Below are positions 10,447-20,671 of a DNA stretch of 64,000 nt, piece by piece. The stretch lies in NCBI GenBank assembly GCA_963663545.1, contig OY760505.1, positions 2,016,001-2,080,000 of the forward strand, read 5' to 3'. This stretch comes from Candidatus Delongbacteria bacterium. GTDB lineage: Bacteria; CAIWAD01. Every line of letters starts with the position of its first letter. The stretch's first letter is position 1. The translations under genes and the position numbers were made by a program. The notes beneath the pieces are model-generated. The model searched no databases. It worked only from the letters and a program-made list of their open reading frames with translations, and was not told where the DNA came from.

Positions 10447-12891
10447 ATGCACTGTGTCACGACGGGCATGCTTGCATTGGCCTTCGCGCTAACTGCCGGA
10501 GCCGCGCAGTGGACTCATTACACAGATTATACCGATGCGACAGCGATGCTGAGTCTGGATGGCGTGATACTGGGGGCATCAACAAGAGGTGCCTTTCAGT
10601 ACGACCCGCAGCGCAACGAGTGGAAACACTGGTCGTTGTTGGAAGGCCTGCTGTCGGTGCCGCAGCGTGATATTGCCACGGACGATGCTGGACATGTTTT
10701 TTGGCTTGGAGAGGATGGTTCGCTATCGACGTGGATTCCGGCGAGCGGCGAGTGGTCCAAAGGCAACCTGGAGTTTCGCGACAACGAAGACATCACAGAG
10801 GTCTACAGCATCTGGGGAGGCGACGATCGCCTTATCGTGTCACATAGTACCGGCTTGAGTGTCCTGCGCTATTTGGAAGAGAACGACGAGTATCTCGTTG
10901 AGAACAATCTGCACAGAATCGGTGACACAGCGGCACATTCGCCCGTTTATGCCGCCGCAACCTGCGGAGATTTCTGCCTGGCGGTAACTGTTAACGGAGT
11001 GTATTACGCGAGGGCCTGGAGTGCCATTCCAGATGACTGGAGTACTGCGCATCTACCGGAACCGCTGAGCGCTGTTGTAGAAGCTGAGATTGTCAGCCTT
11101 GAGACAGAAGACGCATCGCAGCAGCTTGTGATACGATTGCTGGACCAAGAGGACAACGGCGCCCTCCTGCTGTTTGATGGCAACGCACTTCACACGGTTC
11201 CGGCTCCTGCTGGTGCGTGGAATAAAATCGCGTCTCTTTGTGATGGCGACGATAGCGGCGAGTACTGGGTGGCTTTGCGTGATACAACCATAGTAAACGG
11301 AAGCGCGAGCAGTAATCAGTCCGTGATGTACGGGTTCATGGGCGCGTCTTCTTGGGCGTCACAGGAGCGAACCCTGATTTCGCGGCGTCTGGCCAGTGTG
11401 ACACTGCTCGGCAATGGTGCCGAGCCGGATCCTTGGGTGATGACACGGCCCAGCTCCTACATGGGCGGTCTTTCGAATTGCGGTAGTGGCGATCCGGAGG
11501 AAGTCTTCAGTCCCAATCTGCCAGGAGCCGAGGAGTTCGTTGATCTTGCGATTGGACCCGATGGGAGCCTGTGGACGGTGGGCGTGGCAGCAGACACGAA
11601 GCGCTCCGGTGCCTATCAACTGAAGGATGGGATTTGGACCGCATGGCGCTTTCCTGGAGAGTACTTCGGCAACTACCCCACATGCGTAGAGCCAGACGCC
11701 CATGGTGGCTTCTGGATGGGCACTTGGGGGCGTGGCGTGTTACGAGCCGACATCGAAACAGGGGAGTATGAGTGGTTCCGGGGTGATACAGATGCAAGGC
11801 ACAAACTCGTTGGCTTCAGCTCCAGTGGAAATGATACGAGCTACGCACTGGTAACGGATTTGATGGAAGACCACGATGGAAACATGTGGATCGTCAATCA
11901 TCGGGCCTACAACGACTCTTGTCTTGTTGCCGTACCCGCAGAGTGGTACGACGATCCCGAGCTCCCCTTCTACCGCTTCCATTACGAGCAGGGAAGTACA
12001 ACGGAGGGGATTTACCCCGCCTATCTTGCCACAGAAAGAAGCGGTAGTATTTGGGCCGGTGTCGGAGGCAAAGAAGCGCACGACACCAGCAAGCGACTCT
12101 TGCGCTTGTACGACGTCAGGGCAGATGTATCACGGCTTTCTTCCTGGTCGCTGGAGGACCTGCAACTGTCCGATGTCTTGTACAACTACGGCCTCGGTGA
12201 TTCGCCGGGGTTGATAACCGCAATCGAAGTCGATCAGGAGAGCGGTATTTGGGTGTCGACGAGTGATGGCGTGTATTACGGCGGAGTCTACAGCGGCAGC
12301 ATTCAGTTCAGTCGACTTCAATATGTGGCCGGGCAGATCAGCGAGAACGTTGATTGCATTGCGGTGGATGCACGCAATCGGGTGTGGCTTGGCTCCAGTC
12401 TTGGCCTGAACGTTTACCTGCAGCAGGAAATCATGTTTGATGAACCGGAGGTGGCCGAGGTTTTCAACGAGATGATCCGCTACCAGGAAAGCCTTCGTGT
12501 GAATCGCGTTTTGATCGAGCAGGATTCGGGCACGCTTTGGGTCGCAACCAACTACGGCATCTTCTGCTGCGAGGGCGCCGTTGCCAACTTGGGGAGCTCG
12601 CCGGCGAGTGAGACGCTCCACGTTTACCCCAACCCCTTCCGCCCCGAGGGGGGGGGCTTGGCCAGCGAACAGCCTCGCATGCGTGTTCTGCAAGACGGGC
12701 TGGCGAATACTTCCCACGTCGCCATCTACGACATGAACGGCATCTTCGTCCGCGAGTTCAGTCTGCGCGAGATTGAAGACGGCTGGGATGGCAGAAACGC
12801 CGACGGCGAATTTGTATCACCTGGCGTGTATCTGATTGTGGCAAATGGTGACGGATCGAATTCCCGTGGCAAAGTGGTAGTGATACGATAA
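10447..12891 (+). CDS. Secreted beta-propeller protein with C-terminal sorting domain, PorZ-like
   Basis: Signal peptide, repeated propeller blades (D..GNMWI, D.RNRVWLGS..GL, LWVATNYGI), C-terminal VYPNPF...WDGRN..G..VSPGVYLI...GKVVVIR. Confidence 0.65.
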   Translation: MHCVTTGMLALAFALTAGAAQWTHYTDYTDATAMLSLDGVILGASTRGAFQYDPQRNEWKHWSLLEGLLSVPQRDIATDDAGHVFWLGEDGSLSTWIPASGEWSKGNLEFRDNEDITEVYSIWGGDDRLIVSHSTGLSVLRYLEENDEYLVENNLHRIGDTAAHSPVYAAATCGDFCLAVTVNGVYYARAWSAIPDDWSTAHLPEPLSAVVEAEIVSLETEDASQQLVIRLLDQEDNGALLLFDGNALHTVPAPAGAWNKIASLCDGDDSGEYWVALRDTTIVNGSASSNQSVMYGFMGASSWASQERTLISRRLASVTLLGNGAEPDPWVMTRPSSYMGGLSNCGSGDPEEVFSPNLPGAEEFVDLAIGPDGSLWTVGVAADTKRSGAYQLKDGIWTAWRFPGEYFGNYPTCVEPDAHGGFWMGTWGRGVLRADIETGEYEWFRGDTDARHKLVGFSSSGNDTSYALVTDLMEDHDGNMWIVNHRAYNDSCLVAVPAEWYDDPELPFYRFHYEQGSTTEGIYPAYLATERSGSIWAGVGGKEAHDTSKRLLRLYDVRADVSRLSSWSLEDLQLSDVLYNYGLGDSPGLITAIEVDQESGIWVSTSDGVYYGGVYSGSIQFSRLQYVAGQISENVDCIAVDARNRVWLGSSLGLNVYLQQEIMFDEPEVAEVFNEMIRYQESLRVNRVLIEQDSGTLWVATNYGIFCCEGAVANLGSSPASETLHVYPNPFRPEGGGLASEQPRMRVLQDGLANTSHVAIYDMNGIFVREFSLREIEDGWDGRNADGEFVSPGVYLIVANGDGSNSRGKVVVIR

Positions 12892-12894
12892 CCC

Positions 12895-14565
12895 ATGCTT
12901 ACACGTCTGAGTATCAGCAACTTCGCGCTGATCCGCGAACTCGAGCTTTCATTTGCCTCTGGCTTTCATGCAGTAACCGGTGAGACCGGGGCCGGTAAAT
13001 CAATGCTCCTGGGGGCTGTTGCAGCGACCCTGGGATCAAGGATTCATCGCGAAATGCTCCACGATGGCGTGTCCACCAGCCTTAGTTGCACGTTCAGCCA
13101 TGTACCTGGCCTTCAGCTCAACGACGTTTGCATTGATGTCAACGAGGATCTCGTTGTATCACGAGAAATCAGTCCGGGAGGGCGAAGCCGACACATCGTC
13201 AACGGGCAGGTGGTAACACAGAAGCAGCTGCGCGAACTGGCTTCGGTGTTGGTGGATTTTCACGGACAGCGCGATTTGGCCCGGCTACTCGATCGCTTGC
13301 AGCACGCAGACCTCTTTGACGCATTGCCCGAACTCGCCCCCATCCGCGTGTTACACGACGATTGTTGGCGAAAATGGCGGGAGTTGGATGAGGAGGTACG
13401 ATCTCTGGAACGGGCCTGTGCTCGAGAGCGAGAAATGCGTGAACTCTGGGCTTTTCAGAGCGAAGAGCTGGCAGCCCTGAATGCAGAAGAGGGCGAGGAC
13501 GACCGCTTGGCGGCTGAGCATTCTGTGCTGGCGAATGCCGAAGAGATCAAGGGCTTGTGTTACGGCCTAGCTGATCAACTCTATGAGGGTGATGAAAACC
13601 TGCACAACCAGCTGGCGCGTTGCCGGCAGCAGTTGGAGCATGTGATACGTCACGATGCTTCGCTGACCGATCCGGCGCGAATGCTCGACGATGCGCTGTT
13701 GGCCGTGCAGGAGGCTGCAGCCAGCTTGGGTGCGCGCGCTGAGCAGGTGGAGTGGGACCCGGAGCGATTGGCCATTGTTCGCGAACGACTCGAGCTTCTG
13801 CATCGCATGAGCCGCAAGTATGGTGGCAGCCTGGATTCGCTTCTGAAGCAACAGCAGCAGATCGAAGAGGCGCTTGCTGGCGGCACACGCCTGGAGGAGA
13901 AGCTCGCCCTGTGTCAGCGCAAACGCGAAGAGGCGCAGCGAGAGCTGGAGCGTGTGCGACATCAGTTGAGTAACCAGCGTGCGGCAAAGGCCATTGTTTT
14001 GACGGCCAATCTGTTGCCGTTGATGGAGGAGCTTGGGATTCTGGGCGGTCGCTTCGAGGTCGTGCTTGAGGAAACATCGGCCTTCGATCCCATTGGCGCT
14101 GAGCGACCCTGCTTCTACATTTCGACCAATCCCGACACTCCGCTGGGACCTCTGGAGCAGATCGCATCGGGTGGCGAGTTGTCGCGCGTGATGCTCGCAC
14201 TAAAGGTGCTGCTCCTCGCGGATCGCCGCGGGCACTGCCTGATTTTCGACGAGATCGATGCTGGTCTTTCTGGTCGCGCGGCGCTGGCTACAGCGGGTTT
14301 GTTGCGCAAACTTGCGCAACGTCATCAGCTAATTTGTATCACGCATCTTCCGCAGATTGCTGCCGCAGCAAGCGTTCATCTTGAGGTGGAAAAGACTCAG
14401 CAAAACGGGCGCACTTCGGTTTCCGTGACACAGCTGAGCGACGAGGGGCGACAAATGGCGATTGCACGCCTGCAATCTGGTGCCGGTGGAAGCCAGGAAT
14501 TGGCTGCAGCAGCCGGACTCCTTCGACGGTTGCATCAGGACCCTGCTTCCAGGAGTGATTCATGA
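12895..14565 (+). CDS. recN: DNA repair protein RecN
   Basis: TGETGAGKS, long coiled coil, ASGGELSRVMLALK, LIFDEIDAGLSG, ITHLPQIAA. Confidence 0.96.
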   Translation: MLTRLSISNFALIRELELSFASGFHAVTGETGAGKSMLLGAVAATLGSRIHREMLHDGVSTSLSCTFSHVPGLQLNDVCIDVNEDLVVSREISPGGRSRHIVNGQVVTQKQLRELASVLVDFHGQRDLARLLDRLQHADLFDALPELAPIRVLHDDCWRKWRELDEEVRSLERACAREREMRELWAFQSEELAALNAEEGEDDRLAAEHSVLANAEEIKGLCYGLADQLYEGDENLHNQLARCRQQLEHVIRHDASLTDPARMLDDALLAVQEAAASLGARAEQVEWDPERLAIVRERLELLHRMSRKYGGSLDSLLKQQQQIEEALAGGTRLEEKLALCQRKREEAQRELERVRHQLSNQRAAKAIVLTANLLPLMEELGILGGRFEVVLEETSAFDPIGAERPCFYISTNPDTPLGPLEQIASGGELSRVMLALKVLLLADRRGHCLIFDEIDAGLSGRAALATAGLLRKLAQRHQLICITHLPQIAAAASVHLEVEKTQQNGRTSVSVTQLSDEGRQMAIARLQSGAGGSQELAAAAGLLRRLHQDPASRSDS

Positions 14566-15548
14566 CGCTGTTGTTGCTTGCGCTGCTACTGATGACTCAA
14601 TCCGTGTTTGCACTACAACTCGTTTCGTCGGCCTTTCCCGATGGGGGAGTCATTCCCGGTCGTTACACCTGCGAGGGCCAGGGCGAGATGGTTCCCCTTT
14701 CCTGGAGCGCCCCTCCCGAGGGCACCAAGAGTCTGGTGCTGGTCATGGTGGATCCCGACGCGCCCAATCCCGCGCATCCGATCAAAGAATACGTCCACTA
14801 CCTTGCCTACAACTTACCGCCGCGTGCCGACAGCTTGAGCGAGTTCCGCACCCTCAATCGCGTGCAGCCTGGCTTGCCGGGGTTCTCCAGCACCGATTCT
14901 CCGCGCTGGGCGCCTCTTTGCCCCCCCATCGGTCGTCATCGCTACTACTTCAAGCTTTTCGCGCTGGACGCTCGCCTGATGTTCAGCACGGTTCCCCATT
15001 ACTCGGATGTCATGCGCGGTGTCGAGCTGCATAAAATCGCCGAGACCAGCCTGATGGGCACCTACCAAAAGGGCGACATCGCCCAGGAAGCCATAAAGAA
15101 GATTCCGCTTGAGAAGGCGCTTGTCGAGCTGGATCTGCTTGACGGCTACGAAGTGATGCTTAGTTATCAGGGCGCCGACATGCTAATGCCTGAGGCGCAA
15201 GAGCCGCTACATATTCTGTTGACCGATGCTGTCGCCCAGGGCGAACTGCTGGGCACCTTGCCCGTCGTTGCTTTCATTGTTGAGGTTTCCTGGGGCACGC
15301 ACACCGAGCGCGAACTAGTTCTGGCCGCGTGGGAAGAGAAGAAGCTGCACAGGATGACCAGCCTGGCCTTGAGCGATGAGCAGGTGGTTCAGCGCCTTGA
15401 CTTCATCGGCGATCTTTTACGCATATCTGTTTTCAATTACAGGCCGGATGACAAACCCGGGTTGCCCACTCAGGAAAGCCTGCGCTACTATGAGTTGCAG
15501 AACAACCAGCTCGTTGAGATACGAAGCCGACGTAAATACCTGAACTAG
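14562..15548 (+). CDS. Exported YbhB/YbcL (PEBP) family protein with an extra C-terminal domain
   Basis: Signal peptide, LSWS.PPEGTKSLVLVMVDPDAP, PLCPPIGRHRYYFKLFALD, then a ~150 aa extension. ATGA overlap with recN. Confidence 0.8.
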   Translation: MTLLLLALLLMTQSVFALQLVSSAFPDGGVIPGRYTCEGQGEMVPLSWSAPPEGTKSLVLVMVDPDAPNPAHPIKEYVHYLAYNLPPRADSLSEFRTLNRVQPGLPGFSSTDSPRWAPLCPPIGRHRYYFKLFALDARLMFSTVPHYSDVMRGVELHKIAETSLMGTYQKGDIAQEAIKKIPLEKALVELDLLDGYEVMLSYQGADMLMPEAQEPLHILLTDAVAQGELLGTLPVVAFIVEVSWGTHTERELVLAAWEEKKLHRMTSLALSDEQVVQRLDFIGDLLRISVFNYRPDDKPGLPTQESLRYYELQNNQLVEIRSRRKYLN

Positions 15549-15746
15549 TGCCTGGTAAACGCGATATTTCTCAGCGAAATCTTATGTTCGGGTGACATTT
15601 CTTGCGCAGATGTGCGCGCCCTCACCTCAATTGGAATACGGTATTGCCGATATTCAGGAGTCGAATTCAAATTTCGGATTGACCGAAATACACCTTGGTT
15701 GTCCCCCCCCAAGGATGGGAGTGGACGGAAGAATTGTGGAGGAGGC

Positions 15747-17057
15747 ATGAAAGCCTTGAGAATTTCTCTGGCGGTCTTGTTGGCAGCGTTGACCGCGATG
15801 ACCTTTGTCGCTTGTGAAGATGATGATGACGATCCCACAACGGGATCAGTTGGAATTGTGGTGGTGGATAGCCAGTCAAACGACTACATCTCCGGTGCGA
15901 CCGTTACCCTGGGCAGCCATAGTCTGGAGACGAGTGAGATCGGTCTGGCCACGTTCTCCAATGTAGAAGCGGCGACCTACGATCTGACCGTAACCCACGC
16001 TGATTACCAGACCTGGACGGGCCAGCAGGCGGTGATCGCCGACTCCGTGAGCGCGCGTTTCGTCTCGCTGGTTCCTCTCTCCGAGGAGACCGGTTCGCTG
16101 CAGGTGACTGTGCTGAATGCCGTTGACCTGATGCCCATTGCCAACGCTATTGTTGGCGTGAACGGAAACAACGTCACCACCAATGCCCTTGGTGTTGCCA
16201 CCTTCGCGAACCTGACAGTAGGTGATGTGGATGTTAACGTCACGCACACCGATTACTTCGACTGGGCTGACACTCGCACCATTACTGCCGGCCAGACCAC
16301 TTCGGTAATCGCCGCCATGGTGGGCGAGGGCCTTTCCAGCAGCACTTGCTTCGTGATCACCGACGCCCTGACCTCCAATCCCCTTGAGGGCGCCACGGTG
16401 ATTTTGAACTTGATCAGTGAAATCACCGATGGTCAGGGCCTGGTCTGCTTCGAGGAAGTGGCCTCCGGTTACTACGACATCACTGTAATCTTGGAAGGCT
16501 TCTACACCTACACTCTTGAGCACGTGATGGTGCTTCCGGGTGTGGAGAACGACTTCAGTTACTCCCTGACTCCCAGCGATGGCATTGACTCCGACTGGCG
16601 CTTCGTGCTGACCTGGCTTGAGACGCCGCGTGATCTGGATAGCCACTTGGTTACTCCCGAGATCGATGGAACCGCCTACCATGTGTATTACGGTAATCGT
16701 GGTTCATTGGTTGAAGCGCCCTTTGACTCGCTGGATGTGGATGATGTAACCAGCTTTGGTCCTGAGACAATGACCGTAACCCAGATGTATCCAGGAACCT
16801 ACCACTACTTCATTTACAACTATAGTGGTGAGGTCGGACTGCCCGGTTGCGGCGCGCAGGTTGCCATCTACAAAGACAATCAGCTTCTGACCACCGTAAC
16901 CATCCCCTATGAGGGAGTTGAGACCCACGAATACTGGAATGTTGCCACCTTCGACAACACCGGTGAGATCACCATTATCAACCAGATTCAGGCAACCCAA
17001 CCCGCAACCATCTACTATGCAGGCCAGCCTGAAGTGATTCCTGCCAAGATGCGCTAA
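15747..17057 (+). CDS. Lipoprotein with three carboxypeptidase-regulatory-like (transthyretin-fold) repeats and a YfaP/DUF2135-like C-terminal domain
   Basis: GGAGG SD, lipobox FVAC followed by an acidic stretch, three ~80 aa repeats, LTW...DLDSHLVTP...LDVDD...GPET motif. Confidence 0.75.
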   Translation: MKALRISLAVLLAALTAMTFVACEDDDDDPTTGSVGIVVVDSQSNDYISGATVTLGSHSLETSEIGLATFSNVEAATYDLTVTHADYQTWTGQQAVIADSVSARFVSLVPLSEETGSLQVTVLNAVDLMPIANAIVGVNGNNVTTNALGVATFANLTVGDVDVNVTHTDYFDWADTRTITAGQTTSVIAAMVGEGLSSSTCFVITDALTSNPLEGATVILNLISEITDGQGLVCFEEVASGYYDITVILEGFYTYTLEHVMVLPGVENDFSYSLTPSDGIDSDWRFVLTWLETPRDLDSHLVTPEIDGTAYHVYYGNRGSLVEAPFDSLDVDDVTSFGPETMTVTQMYPGTYHYFIYNYSGEVGLPGCGAQVAIYKDNQLLTTVTIPYEGVETHEYWNVATFDNTGEITIINQIQATQPATIYYAGQPEVIPAKMR

Positions 17058-17079
17058 GCGTCTTTTCCCTGACGATTTC

Positions 17080-17112
17080 AAGCCCGGTCCGTGTGACCGG
17101 GCTTTTTGTTTT
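17080..17112 (+). terminator. Rho-independent terminator
   Basis: AAGCCCGGTC-cgtgt-GACCGGGCTT followed by TTTGTTTT. Confidence 0.85.
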
Positions 17113-17222
17113 CCACCAACCGTCCACCGGAAAAAGGTCGCCCTTCCACCGGATTCTGAAAGCTGCACTTCCGCTGCTGCCTTCATGGCCCTATTTTGAG
17201 GGCATCAAGCCTGGGAAGAGCG

Positions 17223-20200
17223 ATGCCCGATTTCATCCACCTGCACAACCATAGCCACTATTCCATGCTGGATGGCGCCGCCACCGTGGACAAGCTGATC
17301 GATCTGTGTGTCCAGAACAACATGGACTCCTTTGCCTTGACGGATCACGGCAACATGTACGGCACGCTCGATTTCTACAAGGCCGCCATGGCCAAGGGCG
17401 TGCGGCCCATCATTGGCTGCGAGGTCTACGTGGCCAATGGCAGTCGGCTTCGCAAAGAGAAGATTCCCAACCAGCGCAACTACTTCCACCTGGTGCTGCT
17501 GGCCAAGAACCAGACGGGCTATCACAACCTGTTGCGGCTGGTGTCGGCGGGTTTCGTGGAGGGCTACTATTACCGCCCGCGCGTGGACTGGGAGCTTCTG
17601 CAGAAGTATCACGAGGGGCTGATTGCCATGACCGCCTGCCTGGCGGGCGAGATCAATCAGTGTCTGCTGGCGGAGGACTGGACCAAAGCCAAGGCCAACG
17701 CGCTGCAGTACCGCGAGCTCTTTGGCGACGATTTCTACCTGGAAATCCAGAATCACCGCATTCCGGAAGAAGACATCGTGCGGGCGCGCATGAAGGAGCT
17801 TAGCGACGCCACCGCCATTCCGCTGGTGGCCACCAACGACATTCACTACACCACTGCAGATTCGGTTTACGCTCATGACATGTACATCTGCATTCGTGAC
17901 CAGAAGCAGCACGATCCGCAGAGCATGCGCTACTCTACGGACCAACTCTACTTCAAGACGGCCGAGGAGATGTACGACACCTTCGCTGGCTATGACGAAG
18001 CCTGTCGTATCACGCGGGAGATTGCAGACAAGTGTCACGTCGAGATCAAATTTGACCAGCGGCAGATTCCCGCTTTCCCCATTCCGGAGAGCTATCCCGA
18101 CAAGGATCTCAATCGCTATTTCGAACACGTGTGTCACGAGGGGCTTCGTGCGCGCTACGGTGATACGCCGGGAACGGAGATCAATGACCGGCTGAAGTAC
18201 GAGATCGAAGTCATCGAGCAGATGGGCTTCGCCGGATACTTCCTCATTGTGCAGGACTTCATCAACTACGCCAGGCAGAACGACATTCGCGTGGGACCGG
18301 GCCGTGGTAGCGCGGCGGGTTCCATTGTCGCCTACGCGCTTGGTATCACGAACATTGATCCTCTGCGCTACGAACTGCTCTTCGAGCGCTTCCTCAACCC
18401 GGAGCGCGTGTCGATGCCCGATATCGACATCGATTTCGAAGACCGCCACCGCGCCAAGGTCATCGAGTACGTGAGACAGAAGTATGGTGAGCGCAACGTG
18501 GCGCAGATCGTCACCTTCGGTCGTCTGAAGGCCAAGGCGGCGGTGAAGGATGTGGGCCGCGTTCTGGGGCTCGACTTCAACGAGAGCAATCGTATCACGA
18601 ACTGCATTCCCGATCGCCTGCCCAGCGGCAACAAGATCGTGCTGCAAGTGGTGCGCAAGGAAGTGCCGGATCTGGACACGCTGCTGAAAAGCGACCCCCG
18701 TTACGAGCGCGTGTGGGAAAACGCCGTGCGCCTTGAGGGCCTCAATCGCAATAGCGGCATCCACGCTGCGGGTGTGGTCATCACGCCCGGGCCGCTGGAG
18801 GAGTTCGTCCCGCTGCAGCGCGCCGGTGGCCAGAACGGCGACATCACCACTCAGTGGGACGGAAGCTGGATCGACGAGGTCGGTCTGCTCAAAATGGACT
18901 TCCTCGGTCTGCGAGCGCTGACCATTATCAAGGACGCACAGGCACACCTGGCGCGGCGCGGCATCGAATTCGACATCGAGTCGATTCCGCTGGAGGACAA
19001 ACCAACCTTCGACCTCTTTGGTCGCGGTGATACATTGGGCGTCTTCCAGTTCGAGTCCTCGGGCATGCGCGAGTATCTGCGCAAATTGAAGCCCGACCGC
19101 CTGGACGATCTGATCGCCATGAACGCGCTCTATCGCCCAGGCCCCATGGACAACATCCCCTCTTACATCGAGCGCCGTCATGGCCGCGAGGAAGTGGAGT
19201 ATCTGCATCCAGTGCTCGAGAAATACCTCGAGCTGACCTACGGCATCATCGTCTATCAGGAGCAGGTGATGCAAATCGCCCAGGCGGTGGGCGGCTTCTC
19301 CCTTGGCGGCGCAGACCAGATGCGTCGTGCCATGGGCAAGAAGAAGGTCGACATCATGAACGCCATGCAGGTCGATTATCTGGCCGGTGCCGAGAAGCGC
19401 AACATTCCGCGCAAGGTGGCGGTGGAGATCTGGGACCTGCTCTTCAAGTTCGCCAACTACGGATTCAACAAATCCCACAGCGCCGCCTATGCCTGGCTCG
19501 CTTATCAGACCGCGTATCTCAAGGCCAACTATGCCGCCGAGTTCATGGCGGCGGTAATGACCGACGAGATGAGTGATACGCAGAAAATGGCCACCTTCCT
19601 GGAGGAGTGCCGCAAGTACAAGATTCGCGTGTTGCCGCCCGACGTGAATTCGTCGGAGCAGGGTTTCGTGGTGGAGAAGGGCGACATCCGCTACGGCCTG
19701 TGTGCCATCAAGAATGTGGGCGAGACGGCGGTAGCCTGCATCGTTCGCGCGCGCGAAGAGGGTGGACCCTTCACCGATGTCTTCGATTTTGTAACACGTG
19801 TTGATACCAATCGCGTCAACCGCAAGGTGCTGGAGTGCCTGATTCAGGGCGGTGCGCTGGACGGTCTGGATTCCCATCGAGCCCGACTCTTTGCCAACGT
19901 CGAAAAGCTGCTGCGCTATTCGCAGGTGTTGGGGGAGGACGCGCAGAAGAACCAGGCCAGCCTTTTCGGCGACTCCGAGGACGTGCAAATTCCCAAGCCG
20001 CAGTTGGAAGAAGTGCCCGCCTGGGCCGACATGGATCGCCTGGGCCGCGAGCGCGAACTGATCGGCATCTACGTGTCTGGCCATCCACTGGACCGCTTCC
20101 GCGACGAAGTGGTGGCTTTTGCCAGCCGTGATCTCTCCAGTATTGCCGAGCTGGGGCACAATGCTCCGGTGCGCGTCTGCGGCATCATTACCGAGTTTCG

Positions 20201-20663
20201 CACCCTCATCAGCAAGCGCGGCAAACAGATGGCGCTGGGTACCATCGAGGATTACCAGGGCAGTTTGCGCTTCATGATTTTTGAGGACGCGCTGCGTGTT
20301 GTACGGCCGGACATGGTTGTGGACGCGCTACTTACCATGAAGGGCAAGCTCTCCGTCAAGGCCGAAGATGATGTGATCATGATTGTGGACGAAGTGTTGC
20401 AGCTCGAGCATGCCATGGCACGACTTGGGCGGCGTATCACAATCAGCCTGGATGCTACCCGCCTTTCGCGTGATACAATTCCGCAGCTCGAGAATCTGCT
20501 CTGCGAGTATCCCGGTGATGCGGACGTCTACTTCGCACTGACCGGGCGCGACGGCAAGCCGGTTCATTTTCACAGTCGCAAGTTCAAGGTTACGCCAGGA
20601 CCGGATTTTCTTGGACGCCTGAAGAGCGTGCTCAGCGGCCACTCGGTTGTATTGTCGGGTTGA
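17223..20663 (+). CDS. dnaE: DNA polymerase III alpha subunit
   Basis: PHP domain HLHNHSHYSMLDGA, GPGRGSAAGS, SMPDIDIDF, HAAGVV, KMDFLGL, YGFNKSHS and a C-terminal OB fold. Confidence 0.98.
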   Translation: MPDFIHLHNHSHYSMLDGAATVDKLIDLCVQNNMDSFALTDHGNMYGTLDFYKAAMAKGVRPIIGCEVYVANGSRLRKEKIPNQRNYFHLVLLAKNQTGYHNLLRLVSAGFVEGYYYRPRVDWELLQKYHEGLIAMTACLAGEINQCLLAEDWTKAKANALQYRELFGDDFYLEIQNHRIPEEDIVRARMKELSDATAIPLVATNDIHYTTADSVYAHDMYICIRDQKQHDPQSMRYSTDQLYFKTAEEMYDTFAGYDEACRITREIADKCHVEIKFDQRQIPAFPIPESYPDKDLNRYFEHVCHEGLRARYGDTPGTEINDRLKYEIEVIEQMGFAGYFLIVQDFINYARQNDIRVGPGRGSAAGSIVAYALGITNIDPLRYELLFERFLNPERVSMPDIDIDFEDRHRAKVIEYVRQKYGERNVAQIVTFGRLKAKAAVKDVGRVLGLDFNESNRITNCIPDRLPSGNKIVLQVVRKEVPDLDTLLKSDPRYERVWENAVRLEGLNRNSGIHAAGVVITPGPLEEFVPLQRAGGQNGDITTQWDGSWIDEVGLLKMDFLGLRALTIIKDAQAHLARRGIEFDIESIPLEDKPTFDLFGRGDTLGVFQFESSGMREYLRKLKPDRLDDLIAMNALYRPGPMDNIPSYIERRHGREEVEYLHPVLEKYLELTYGIIVYQEQVMQIAQAVGGFSLGGADQMRRAMGKKKVDIMNAMQVDYLAGAEKRNIPRKVAVEIWDLLFKFANYGFNKSHSAAYAWLAYQTAYLKANYAAEFMAAVMTDEMSDTQKMATFLEECRKYKIRVLPPDVNSSEQGFVVEKGDIRYGLCAIKNVGETAVACIVRAREEGGPFTDVFDFVTRVDTNRVNRKVLECLIQGGALDGLDSHRARLFANVEKLLRYSQVLGEDAQKNQASLFGDSEDVQIPKPQLEEVPAWADMDRLGRERELIGIYVSGHPLDRFRDEVVAFASRDLSSIAELGHNAPVRVCGIITEFRTLISKRGKQMALGTIEDYQGSLRFMIFEDALRVVRPDMVVDALLTMKGKLSVKAEDDVIMIVDEVLQLEHAMARLGRRITISLDATRLSRDTIPQLENLLCEYPGDADVYFALTGRDGKPVHFHSRKFKVTPGPDFLGRLKSVLSGHSVVLSG

Positions 20664-20671
20664 GGTGCTAC

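Noticed and set aside
15549..15746. Intergenic region with short inverted repeats (ATTTCGG-N5-CCGAAAT) as a possible riboswitch or ncRNA
   Set aside because: No conserved riboswitch blocks recognised. More likely plain promoter or operator DNA.
17205..20159. 984-aa ORF antisense to dnaE
   Set aside because: It mirrors a strongly codon-biased gene on the opposite strand and has no recognisable motifs. This is a typical shadow ORF, as are 1762-3024, 33096-34304, 36109-37371 and 59761-60789.
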